A stretch of DNA of 61,425 nucleotides, filler included, from Sphacelaria rigidula (Eukaryota), in assembly GCA_964200075.2 (NCBI GenBank). It is 5 parts of 5 records of this genome, joined end to end, with 100 filler letters (N's around TTAATTAATTAA, not from the genome) between each part and the next. Parts side by side here need not be neighbours in the genome. Positions count along the whole stretch, not along the records: positions 24,615 to 36,819 come from CAXNAA020004007.1; positions 36,920 to 49,123 come from CAXNAA020004008.1; 3 more parts are not named here. One strand, given 5' to 3'. Shown one piece after another: positions 24,615-37,178 of the stretch. Numbering within the stretch: position 1 is the first letter of the stretch; each line of letters begins with the position of its first letter. Made by a program: the position numbers and the translations under genes. The notes below the pieces were generated by a model. It did not search any database, was not told the origin of the DNA, and saw only the letters and a list, made by a program, of their open reading frames with translations.

Positions 24615-26940
24615 CGGGGAGCGGTTGATTCTCATTTCAAAATACGTTCTCATTTTTCTGGCAACCCTGTTTACTCCAGAAAAACTAAAAAAAAATGACA
24701 ACGACGAATTCTGAAAATATCTGATGCTGACTACTGTAGATAAATGACGGTTCGGCTATCTGACGAACAGAGATCAGTCAAATTATTTCAATAGCAAAAA
24801 TAAAAGATCGCAGACCTTGTTCGACTGTCTAGCAAACGGAAGTAGGCTCTACTGTCTCAATAATAGACACTCGTAGAGGGTGCACAGTGGCAGCTACTAT
24901 CACTTGCTACCGTGCAGCAAAAAAAAGGGGTCGACAGTATTCACAAGCGCTTATTGGGCCAACACAGAATAAAACACTCAGCTTGAAACGGGGAGCTGAT
25001 GAAGCGCTGGTGAGAGGAGAGTAAGGAGAAGAGTGATCGCAGTAGACGCGAACATAATCTGTCATCGTTTCCAATAGACTCTTTACCTTAGACCCTCATG
25101 ATTGCCTCTACGTTCTCAAAAGTATTCGATTAACCACTCATTACTTAGACCCTCCGGTACTTGACCCTTACAGTACTTGACCTATCTGCCTCCTAGATAT
25201 GCCTATGTGTCCAACCCTTCGGTACAAAGCTGTAGCTGTAACGGTTTTCATTGACCCATCATATACTATATCCCGCTAACTTCTTTTATCTGTCATGAAT
25301 AAAACCAACAACTTGTCGGACGAATGCCAGGAGGTGCTGTAGTGGTGACTTTGATCTAGTTACATCCAAGTCGCGACTTCGATTTCAACAATATGCCACT
25401 CGGGTGCGGTATTTCTTGTCCGCTGCGAAGCTGTGTGTACCATGCGATGGCTTAAACGATGGCGAGGGACTGCGTGAATGTAGGTCATGTATTGCGGTGT
25501 CCATACTAGGCTAATTGAATGAACGTACTCAAATCGCGACCTGGATATAAGTACATCCAGATATCGACTTGAACTACGCATTACCCATTCAGAAAAAGGA
25601 TTATTTTTGGCATATTCATTTTTTCTAGGTGGCGCAGTGCAGGGCGGCTGGGAATCGCCAAGTGTAGATGTTTGTAGCGACACAGGCCGAATAGATATGT
25701 CTGAGGTAAACTACTCACCCATGCTCACTTTTTCCACTTCAAGAGGACCTGCTGAGTTTTTAGAAAGTCGGAGGGGACTAGTAATCTGGTATAAAGAAAA
25801 CGCCTTACAGCGGCTGGAAGGGTGAGTCTCTGGATGGTGCAGTTACACGGGTGGCCACTGGGGTGACTGCAACCTCAAATTTGGACGTTGCAGACGTTGC
25901 ACAAGGGTTAGGGTTAACATTCAACCAAAAGGTCCTGGCGTGTGGTCAACATTCAACCAAAAGTACATGCTTCATGGGAGCAAGCGTACGAGATGCAACA
26001 ATGCCAAGTGCGGGGGCATCTGGAGGCACTATGGAAGTGCACTGTCAATATGTCGGACTTGGGTGTATGTCCAATATACTTTGAAAGAGGATGTAGTGGA
26101 GTACGTTTTGGTTGAATGTTGACCACACACCAGGACCTTGACCCAGTAGTGTGCCAAGGGCGTGAGACTATGATTGCTGCCAACACTTCGTCTGCGTTTT
26201 GCTATTGTTGGGAACGCGAAATCATCAACCCACTAACTCCATGGTACACTCTATCAGCGTCAAAGTCGTCACCGGTGGCGCATAGAGGCAAAAACAGAGC
26301 GAGATGAAAAGACAACGACAGACAGGCAAATCGACCGATCGACCGACAGACGGCACGACAGATACGAAGTAAATAATGCAAGTGTAGGGTAGTAGCCCGT
26401 CGCGATTCCAAAGAACCGTATGTCGGCGTATGTTTGCTTTCGGATTATTTATCTAACGACTAACTCTTCTGAATCTTACCCCTTCGACCGACAGAGTTGG
26501 TAATCAGGGTCACGAAGTGATTTTTCAAGTGAAAATGATATCGATTCCACACAGAACTAAGAAAGCTGACTCTCGCTCAGAAGCTGCACTTTCACTTTCG
26601 CGAAAGTGTTCGAGTCGGAATCAACCATAGGTATCAATTGCTCCACGTGCTGCACATTCCCTACGCCTGATATCACTAAAAATATGAAAAACACGGTTCC
26701 ATTTCTCTTATGCGTCACTGTTTCGTGCAACCTTTGTTGTCGTTCATCCAATTACGGGGGCTTTATGGTTGACGGTGTGCTGGTACAACTACCAGATAGT
26801 CGAAACCCGTGCAGTGCGGAGCACCCCATGAGAGTGGATATCATTGTGCCGATCATTCCATCCCCACATATCCCCCATCCCCCTCGGCGTTTTACATCCC
26901 ATTCTCCAAACACTCCTCATGTTCTTCAACTAGCTGGTTT

Positions 26941-29900
26941 TTAATCACAGACAAGCTCCTGGGATGTGGAAGTGTTGGAGGCGATGGATACAGGGAGCTC
27001 ATCCGAATCGTCTATTTCGGGCGCAATGGACCGTGTGTGCGCTGATGGCGCAGCGTGCTTCCCACTCTCTGCCCCTCTTTTGAGTCCACGACACTGTCGC
27101 AGTCTATTTGCTGTCGCGTTCGAAGTCCCGCGTTGTTCCGACGTTAAAACACACGAAGGAACCGTAGGTCCCCCAACTTCAGCTGTCGAGTAGATCGAGG
27201 TAGTCCCACGACACGATGCAAACGGAGATACTGGGGAGTCTTCCCATTGACACTCCCCCCCGTTGCTATTACTCGACCGATTTCCTTTGTCCTGCTTGTC
27301 GATAGCAGCTGCCTTCTTCCAGTCTGCCGTTCCCCCTTCGCAGCCACGCAGCCCTCCTCTTATATCATCACTGCATTCCATGCGATCTAGTAGGTTGCCT
27401 TCCTCGTGAGGGGTGGCACTGATGGTGTTTGTAGCACTCGCCTCGTCATATTCCAGCGGTGCGCTTACCAGGCCACTACTTATATCAGTTCGACCCTGGT
27501 CATCAGGCATCGTAATGTCATTCCCTTGGTGATACCATGTCCACGGCGGAGACAATGACGAGTGTCTTTTCGGGCGATCTATCGGCGTGTACTGTGCCGA
27601 CCACTGTGAAGCAGACGTCGGGGGTCTGTTCGGGCTTTGAAGAAGGCCTTGTGCGGGTCGTGGTGTTCGAACCCCATGCGTCCTGCAAAACCCTGCCGAA
27701 GCTTTGTCGGTCGCTCTTGCTGCAGAGCATCGCAGGTAGCGGTTTGATCGGCACACATTCCCATCGGGGTGAGGGTAACGACTAGGTGAGAAATATAAGC
27801 AAGATATTTCGTCGAAAAAGGTCATGCAACGGTCATGGTACAGTTCACGGTACAGTGACGCTCTTCCTTCGCCAGCACCACCATTATACCGGCCAGTCGA
27901 TAGCTCGAGCTGTTACTACAAAGGTGCCAAGGTTAGACACGATGTACCTACCCTTATGTCGAATCATGCGAAAGCAGAGTATTCCGGCTTTTTGAGATTC
28001 ACTCGAACCTTCATAACGCCCACACACAAAAGGTTTTACTCACAGGGTGTTGCACAGGGAGCCGGGGGCTTTTCGAAAGTAGTTCCACCATCAACTGTGG
28101 GGGGCGCTGCGTGCTTGCTGAAGGTCATGTCCGCTTCACCGCTTTGTTCAGGGTGGCCGCAGCGAGCACGAACACGAACACGCCTTCCTCGAGCGTTATT
28201 TTTCGGGGGAGCAATGGGAGTCTTGAGGACAGCGGGCGGGATGACGACGCTGGATTGAGGGAGTGCACGACCGAGACGAACGGGGAGGACCGTCCGCGCC
28301 GACGAACACGCCCGTAGTCTTCGAAACGCTCGAGTGAGATCAAAGATACTTCGTCTGGCCGGTTTCTCCTTCGCTGAAGTCGAGGACGAGTCGAATGGAG
28401 GTTGAGGGTGCACGTGCTCAGGCGTGTCCTGTCCGGGTAAAACTAAAGTCCGAGAAGAAACTACTCGCGATGGCGCCCGTCCCTCCGCGTCTTTCAGCTG
28501 TGACGCTTCGATTACACCATGTCTTGCTGTGACGCTGCTGTCTTCTTCGCTTCTATCGCAACTGAGGGCGGTACGGCAAGTGACGTGACTGAAGCTTCCG
28601 CCGAGGGTGAGACTCTCCATGGAGGATGAGTAAGAGAACCCATCGTTGCAAGATGTTCCACCGCAGTACCCACTGTAGTGGCCTTTCGCGAAGCTCTTGT
28701 AAAAGGATCGGCTAAGGGATTGCACCGATTCGTTTTCCAGACGTTCGTTCCACTCCTCGTCATATCTACGCCCTGCTTCCGCCATCCACTCGGCGTACCT
28801 ACGGGTTTGCGTGAAATGAAGCGAAAATACCACGTATGGGTAGCGGGACTGCGGTCGTACTTCACGGGTCCCTGTAATTGACCCTCGGGTATGTTGTGTA
28901 AGCAATCGTGCCTGCTTTCCCTCCTCCGGCTGACATGTCAACATTATGTACAATTTCGAGCGACTTGGAATTGAAGTGGTGGGTAGTAATAGTAGAACAA
29001 TGAAAAATTGGATCACCCGTGCAAACGTTGAAACGAACAGGCCACAGTATCTCCATGCTCCGAAATAAACGATCTCCTCGCACGAAACGGTTCACAAACA
29101 GCTTGCTTCCTGCAACACACCCAACCTATGCCGGTCTGTTTATGAAAGCGTCACCGAGGTTGCTGCTGTGCCGAATTCAGTCAAGACCTCACCTCGTGGC
29201 CGCGACTCTAGCCAGCCGTCGATGCACCGGAGGGCACAGCCGCTCCAGTACAGCGAGGCCGACAGTTAAGCACCGCACTCCCCCGGCCCCCGCCACAAGT
29301 GACGCCTTGTGGACTCCACGAAACTTCGGTGATGTATCCGTGCCGACAGCGGTAGGGAGTTTCGTGGCGAAATGCATCACGGTGCTGTTCGTTGTTTGTC
29401 CAGTAACGACCTTTGCTGCACCCCGTTCGTTTGAAGTTGGTTCACGACCTGCAGAGTTGGGAGAGGTCGTTCCGGGTATGTTGGCATCGTGTCTTTCTCC
29501 CCTAGCCATCTGCTTGGATCACAGCATGGAGCAACAAATGGTGGCGTTTGACAGACCGTACAGTAGGTCGGAAGATTTCGTGGAAATGTATCGCAATGAG
29601 CAGTTCTTGCCGGATGTGCTGTATCATCGATTGTCGTTTGCGAAAGACGCACTGGTGTTTCCGGCTCCTTTCTGCCACACCCAGTAGAAGCAGTTGTGGG
29701 TGTTCTGTGAACGCCCGTGTATAGAGCCCGCAAGCCGACAGCTGGCTGATACAGACAACTATCTTCTCGTCCTCAGGCATACCTGACCAGAACGACTAGC
29801 AAAAGCCTGACGTGGCTTGCATTGCTGTTCGAACAGTGCAACAGAGCGACGAAGAAAGATAAACCGTTCGAAGGGTGATCAACTAGTCCACCTACGGCAG

Positions 29901-32900
29901 GCGTACAAGAGCAACACGCGCACACCTGGCTATCTGGCGACGGGATGGGGACAGCAGAGACACCGAAGAAATCCCCTCTTGTCAAGACAGCCGCGGCACG
30001 GATGCTAGTCTCGGGGTGCCTTAACGTATCTTCAGACGACCATCCTTCGTCCTCCGTGTTGCTCCCAGTTCCACACTCCCACACCTTGCCTAGGGAAGAG
30101 AGTGAATCTTGACTGCGACAAGCCGTTCTAGAGCCTGTTCTAAAAGGCACACGGACATCTGCATCGTTATGCCCGCTTTGCTGCGTGGATTCTCCCGTCG
30201 GCTCTCGCACAAAGTCTATGTACGGTCGCGCAGCTGTTTTCACCGTCGCGTCATCGTTCGCATCGCACGCGCTAATCTCTTGATCTCGTCCCCGCACTTT
30301 CACATACTCTCTATGCAAGCTATCGCAGCTTCCGGTACCAATGCCAAGCCTTGGCGGCGGTTTTCGACGACGTGCCTTCCGCCGCCTACCATCTCCTGTT
30401 GAGAAGCTTGTAAACGTTCTGATGTTTGGGTGCCCAATGATGACCTGAGTGGAGGGTCGGCAACACATTGAGGGGTTGCGGAGACTGAAGTGGGGCGTGC
30501 GGTGCGGGTAGCGACGCGGACGGACGTGTGTGTCGTCGCTTATGCGTCGGTAATTGAACCGCGTTGCTTGTAGCTATCGTAAGGGAAGCCTCGTTCACCA
30601 TAACGTTCCCGCCTTTATCCGGAACATGTATTGAATTGTGAGATGAACGGAAGGGGATGTTTTACGCACACATGAGCTATAACACACCAATTCCCGAAAC
30701 AACAACAACAACAAAACCCGCTCGGCTATATATTCATCGTAGAGTGCTGTGTATAGAGACGTTAGGGAAGGATCTTGATCGTCTTGGATGGACATGATCT
30801 GATGTTGAGTTCGGAAGCCACGAAATTGTCACGACACGTGCGGCAGCCATTTATCGACGTGAGCAATGTGGAGAGAACTTGCTCATGTAAATACCAACAC
30901 GAGAAGTCCGAGGACGTATCCATGTCGCGAAGAAGCGTGAACCCTTCGTGATCGCCCTTCAGTCTGTACACAACAGTAGTTTAGCAGGAGATCGACTTTC
31001 TACATCCGCCACAGGGTGAATCTTGCTTCACTTGACAAAACGCCATCGCGCGGTAGATCTTCTGCGCCTATACCCTACCCCACCAAAAATCTCTCCTCAA
31101 AGCGCGAAGGGTCAATCACCTCGCCTTGCCCATCAGCGATGAAAAATGCCGTCCTGCGACAACTCCCTTGCCGACAGATGACCGAACCCGAACGCCTCGA
31201 ACGTGAAAATGTTTGGCTCGTGTCTTGTGGTTTATCATGGCTTTGTTCCTCCTCCTCCTCCTCCTCCTCCTCCTCCTCCTCCTCTTTCTCCTCCTCCTCC
31301 TCCTCCTCCTCTTTCTCCTCCTCCTCCTCCTCCTCCTCCTCCTCCTGCTGCTGTTCCTCCTCCTCCTTGTCTTGCTTGTGTCGCTTGTCTTGCTTGTCTC
31401 GCTTGTCTTTCTCATGCTGCTGTACGTTGTCCGCAGAACACGCCGCCGCTGAACCAACGGAAGTGTTCTGGTCGTTGTTTTCGTTTCTGGATGCCGTCGT
31501 TGCTCCTGCTTCAGATGTGGCGTCATACCTTACCTCCGTGACGTATCGACAGATGTGCTGCAGAGCGAGGGTAGGCACGCCGTCCTGACATGCCGTGGAA
31601 AATTGGTGGTGCGTGGTATGCGAGGTGGGGTGTTGGCGTGGTTATCATGGGGGGAGGGATGTGTCCGATCATCCCAGCACGCACAGTGAGTGGCTGTTCG
31701 TGACGCGCTGGGTCGTGTAATATGGAAGGAGTTCGAGCATCGATCTCGGCTGAACTGAAGCCGTACACAATGTTGAACACAGTACGACACTGAAAAAACG
31801 ATATTGTACACAGTACGACACTGTACAGTCAGTGGTATACACAAACGAGGCAATAGAGAAGACTCAAGATACAGGTGATCAACATACTAGGCGAAACGAA
31901 ACTCTCTGAGAGATCGGTTGGTCAATGCTTTTGGGTTACCTGGCAATTTCTCTACTGTAGGTTCCTTTGCTTGCTGCTTGCTTTTTTCCATCACCTTTGT
32001 GGGAACCACAACACCGAAGGGACAAATTCCCATAAGTGCCTGTCGAGGAATCACCTTTTCACATTAGCAACACCAGTGAGATAGCCGGCACGCTTCACGA
32101 ACAACAGGTCTCGGGTTCAAATCTCGGATCCCGCTAGAATGGTGGAAGCCCAAATATGGTGGATACCCTCTAGAGCAGAGTGCAACAACTCACGGAAATT
32201 CTCCTGTGGCGATTATTGGTTGAGTGACCCAACACACGTAGGACGTATGTGAATTGATTAAAAGGCAAGATTCAAGATTCCGACCGCTAGCCGGCGTAAA
32301 AGGTTACTCCGACGAAACCTCCAAGAGGTTCATGAAAGGGGGGGGTGATGTGGGAACCACCACATAGAGGGGACGAATTCCCATAAGTACCTGTCAAGGA
32401 ATCACCTTTTCACACTTCCATTCTTTTCATCAGGACCGGTCACTCATATTATTATTTCCCTTCCCGTCCTTTTCCTTTCCCATTTCTATTTTCCCGTGTC
32501 GTGTGTGTGTGTGTGTGTGTGTCGTTTTTGTTAAGTTACCACAGTTTTGTTCTCTATTTCTTGCTTCGTATTTTCACCTTTTTTAGTCTCCTCTAGCGAG
32601 TTTTGTTGTTGTTGACCCTGGGTACGTCTAAAGACACTTTTTACGATGGTACCCCCCCAAAAGGTGCCTGGTTTGGGGAGGCGAAATCTACACGTAAATC
32701 GGAATGAAAACAGCCGAGCACAACGAGCAGCTGATAATCCCCACGCTTGGGATCGTTTTCGCCAATGTCGACCGTGTGAGCCGCTACATGCTGCCTGAAT
32801 GCAAACATCAGGCGCTCGATGACCATTTTTTTCGTGACAGTTTTGAGCTGGTTTTGGGGAGGGGCTATCGTATCAAGTGCTATATTGTGTCTAATGATCT

Positions 32901-35839
32901 ATATTGCGTGTAATGACCATGGCTGGGTCCCACGGGGATCACTTCATGTGCGACGATCAATCCATCAAATAATCAAACGATCAAGGTTCAGACGGAACCC
33001 GGATGGTATTTGTGTGTATTTCTTAGATATCGGACGCAAATGGCTTTCCAAATAGGCTATTCGACCCTTCAATCACATGAACCTCGATCTCTGCCTGCGC
33101 CGAACGAACGCGTGACACGGGTACGACAGGGTTGAGGTTCCCTATTCACCAGCAAACTAACTTCCATAGGGAAAACTATAGTGTATCATAGGACTCATTC
33201 GTTACGTGCCGCAATTTCCTAAGACGTACTGCAGCACAGGCGACCCCATCTACCTGTGCTTCTATTATGTTCGTTTTGTCTATTTGGCATCGTTGCCGGG
33301 AGACTGGAAACACCCCATGGTACACAGCACCCACCATAGCATTCGTGGCACGCAAGACCGCCACGGCTTCATCCAGCCTTCGTTTTTCGTCCTCCGCTAG
33401 CAGCAGATGGTACGCCCGGGCTCCGATCGCGAGGAGCTCCGTCGGCCCGACGGTGACCGCAGTTTCTATCGCCGGAGTGGCAGCAACAGCTACTGCAAAT
33501 GCTTCAGCTTGATGGCGCTCCCACCGCCTACGAGCAGTGATTACGTTCGCCTTTTTCCCATTCGCTGTTTTGAATTCCGATTTTCCATTATCGTTTTCAT
33601 CTCCCGCCGGAAAGTGCGGCATCGATGTTCGCGCACGGTCCGCTGTCCGGGACAAATCTGGCTCCAGGGTAGGGAAATAACTTGACGACAGATCTTGCTT
33701 CAAGTCCACCTTCATACTGTCCTCCTCCGGGCCCGGTGTTGAACCCCGCACTAGATCCGATCGAGTCCCGTGCACGTCTGTATCAACCGCACACCCCGAG
33801 CGTGAACGCCGAACGCTACTTTCATGAGGATCCGTGTCGCCGCTGAAGGGACAGAAGACTGACCGATCGCCGAACATAGATCCCGGTCCCAAACGGCAGG
33901 CCTTCCACCTTGAAAGCGTGTGGTGAGGTTAGGGGAGAGATGCGTCGTGTTCGGTGAGTTTGTTGTGATATTTGGAGTCATATCTTGTACCCAGCAGAAC
34001 ATTGTTCTACCCTCAATACTATATCCAGCAGTATTAAGCAAGGGCATGCCTCGCGAGAGGTGCAATGTTGGTGCTGACGCTGGTCACCATGTGATCAATT
34101 TCCAGTCAATGACGACCTCCGTACAGAAATAACGCCGGTAAAGATGAGCGCTATGATAGCACTTGAACTGACTGTGAGTACACCCGCCTTCCGGAAGTCT
34201 CGACTGGACTTCTCTGGCTGAGATCATTGAATTCATCAGCATCCATGTGAAACGTCCAAGATGGAAGAATTCGCATGGCTACCACAGCTTGTGACGACCG
34301 TAAGAAAGTCAAGGGAGAGAGAAAAAAAATGTCTAGCAGGAAGAACGTTTGCTTCCCCAGGACGAGCCACCGCCCCCTACGCCATCGTGGAGGCAACAGT
34401 AGATAACAAGCAGAAAAATCACACCATCAACCCCGAAATAATGCACATCGGTAGTTCGTCGTCGCCCTTGTGATGAAAACATACCTTGGTGCCAGGTTGC
34501 GAAGCGGCGGCCGACGGGGCCCCGGGCCGCTGCCAATCAATTCCGCCTCCACTTCTTCTTGTAAAGCCTGTCGTTTCAAGCGCGACATCCGCCGTGCCGT
34601 TTCCCCCGCCTGATCTGTATCGCTATATTTTCCCTGGCGTTTTCGATACAGATGATGGGCGCAAGGGAGAGACGAGATGCTCGTGCTTTCAGAAAAGGGG
34701 TACCCAAATCTCGCGCACACGTTACTACGTTACGAGCTAACCCAAGCACGGTCGACAAACGGCTGGAACTGCAACCCTGCCTCTGGCGTATTATTCCCAT
34801 GGCGGCATATTTTTTTCGCAAGTGCCATCCAACTCTCCTGCCCTCTCAGGTAAAATAACACGGCGAATGGGGGCCAATGTAGGAGTAAGAGCTTATGGAT
34901 CCCGTCAGGAAACATCAACGGATCAAAACGCGAGAACCCTCGCTAGGCCACCGCAGTTCAATCCAACAATGCGTGTCCCTACTCGCTAGGGGCAGGTAAG
35001 GAAGATGCTCCACATGAATCCCATACGTTATGTCCAAGCCGAACATATATATATAAAAACTCGTACCACGATGTCACAATCGACCATCGTATATAGCCCG
35101 TGCCCAATCGGACTAAACCCGACGGCTGGGTACGTGACTCTCACCCATGAGACTCGGGTTCAGTCCATGCCGAAGAGGCACTGCAGAGTGAAAGTACTCT
35201 CAGCACTGACTCTGCAATACGCAGGCTTCTGATTCTTCATTTCGATTCTCTCTTGAAATGTATCGAACCAGCAAAGAACACGTGAGCGGCACTCACGACA
35301 CGGGGCCTTGTTGAAACACCAGGCGTCGATGTCACCCTGTCGCCCGAAAAGCGGGGACGTTGCATCGGCTGTCCCCTGGTGGCTTTTATCGCGAAATTTT
35401 CCTGAGAGGCTGCCGTGGGGAGCCCAGCCGCGCCTCCCCTGCAACGCCCAATCATTGGTGGAGGAGAGAGTGGTCTTGTCACTAAGTGAGGTGACCCTCA
35501 TTGGTCATTCTGCGGATGCACGGAGCGGCGATCACTCCACCGTAAGGCGTGTGCTGCAAAATGCGATGTCAGTTACTGCGGCGACATGGCTCGCCTATGG
35601 TGTTTGAATGTACAGTACGATCTCCCATTCTTGAAAACTCGATGATGATATACCCTGCGCTCACAGAATCATCTGGAAACGTGTGAAGGTTTTCGTGCGT
35701 ATAACGTCTGTCTCATGAGGATAGCCACGGAGCATTCGGCAGATGAAGTTCGCGCACCGGTTACATCGTGTGCAGATCCACGGCTCTCACCGTTCGAAGA
35801 CATACAGATCCACGGCACCTCGCAGCACCATGTACGCCC
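26941..35839 (-). CDS. Large spliced gene with degenerate cyclic-nucleotide-binding (cNMP) domains and low-complexity regions, partial
   Basis: Candidate exons: ~35790-35839 (AYMVLRGAVDLYVF); 34485-34633 joined in phase to 33335-33908 (WKACRLGPGSMFGD..ETAVTVGPTELLAIGARAYHLLL); ~31085-31200 (VICRQGSCRRTAFFIADGQGEV, start of a second cNMP domain). Long open low-complexity stretches at ~29926-30396, ~28036-28800 and 26941-~27525 are assigned to the same gene only tentatively. Confidence 0.6.
31248..31366. repeat. (CTC)n microsatellite
   Basis: Directly visible; source of the poly-S/E/P/L/R ORFs. Confidence 0.95.
31998..32414 (+). mobile_element. TRIM-like miniature LTR element (417 bp, 66-bp LTRs)
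   Basis: Direct repeats 31998-32063 and 32349-32414, both TG..CA, differing at 7 of 66 positions. G-rich polypurine tract immediately before the 3' repeat. Non-coding interior. No clear 4-6 bp TSD. Confidence 0.82.
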
Positions 35840-36819
35840 CTGTGCACCATCTTTGAGCAGGGTTCGCAGTGTTTACTCCGCTAACGGTCCCCGATTCTTC
35901 CTCCATTCCGTCACCTATCCCACCGGCCGCAATCCAGTAACCCCAGCAAAAAACGAAAAATGTTCTCAGCAGTGCACAGCGGGACGGATGGCGAATCTGT
36001 GGCTAGTAGTCACATAGCAGAGAGTGTTCAAACGCCGCCTCTGTGCAGTCACCGGGGCAAGCTAATGCCGTGAGGCCAAGACCTTGCATTGTTGTGGGAG
36101 GTCATTCGGAGAGCATTCAGCGACCATTGCCTCGTGTTCAGCGGTTCTCGGATGCAGCGGGGAAGTCACAGAATACAGGCCTTCCCATTTTTTAGCACAA
36201 TGTCGCTGGCCTCTAGACCGGCTGTCGCGTGAAAGAACAGGCAGCAGGGGGGCGTTTACCCGCGTGTTTTATTTTTACCTTCCGACCGGCACATGGCACT
36301 ACCCTGCACCGTGAAAGATCGATGCAATACACTCGCTGCGAGAACAGTAACAAAAACACTCCAAGTGTCGAAGAGCCACGCCGCAGTGGGAGTGCATGAA
36401 AAACAACGAGGTTCATGGATGTTATGTACAGTACAAGAACACATTTTTGTGCACATGGCATTTTCGCGGGAAGATCGCCCTCAACCTAGCACTGTGCCGC
36501 TGAGCATCAACAAGCAGCTAGGTCTATACCTCGTATGTCCTCGACTGCTTCAGGCAACGCTCCGAGGTGGCCATCTTTGGGCAATAATGTGGTCGAAACA
36601 CCTCACCCCCCACCGCCGGATGGCTCCAAAGCAAACGCGAGAACAATATCTCCCCGGGAAAGGAAATAATTTACCCCTTTCTTAGCTCTTCTACAGTAGT
36701 CAGCGTCAGCAGTATGCAGAATCCGTACTTTCTTGGTTTCTCAAAGATTGTCCAAATTTGTTTTGCTTGCCACCGCTCGTCACAGTAACTGTTGAATGCC
36801 AAAAAATGGGCATCCGGAG

Positions 36820-36919
36820 NNNNNNNNNNNNNNNNNNNNNNNNNNNNNNNNNNNNNNNNNNNNTTAATTAATTAANNNNNNNNNNNNNNNNNNNNNNNNN
36901 NNNNNNNNNNNNNNNNNNN
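36820..36919. other. Artificial contig linker
   Basis: N44-TTAATTAATTAA-N44. Confidence 0.98.
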
Positions 36920-37178
36920 TATCATTACTATTATCATTACTATTATCATTACTATTATTATTTCCGCACATTAGTCCGATCTCGCGAACCCGTTCCCTTA
37001 ACAACCTCATTTTGCGCCTCGCTTTTGTAACTGTCATGCGAAGTACTCTGATCGCGTCGTCGAGTGAAGTGTAGCATTGAGCATAGAAGATATTCCTTGG
37101 GCACATCGTGCGGGCTCCCCTCTTCCCTGTCTGTTTCTCCCGGCCCCGTCTCCCAGGTTATACGTACAACGAGCTTGC

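Noticed and set aside
29019..29687. 222-aa plus-strand ORF as an independent gene
   Set aside because: No recognisable domain, and it lies within the span of the minus-strand gene.
31016..31588. Poly-Ser/Glu/Pro/Leu/Arg ORFs
   Set aside because: Open in many frames because of a (CTC)n tract; only the flanking VICRQG segment looks coding.
36607..36690. Additional upstream exon of the cNMP gene (RAKKGVNYFLSRGDIVL)
   Set aside because: Splice signals are plausible, but its phase does not join the 35839 exon directly, so it was left out.
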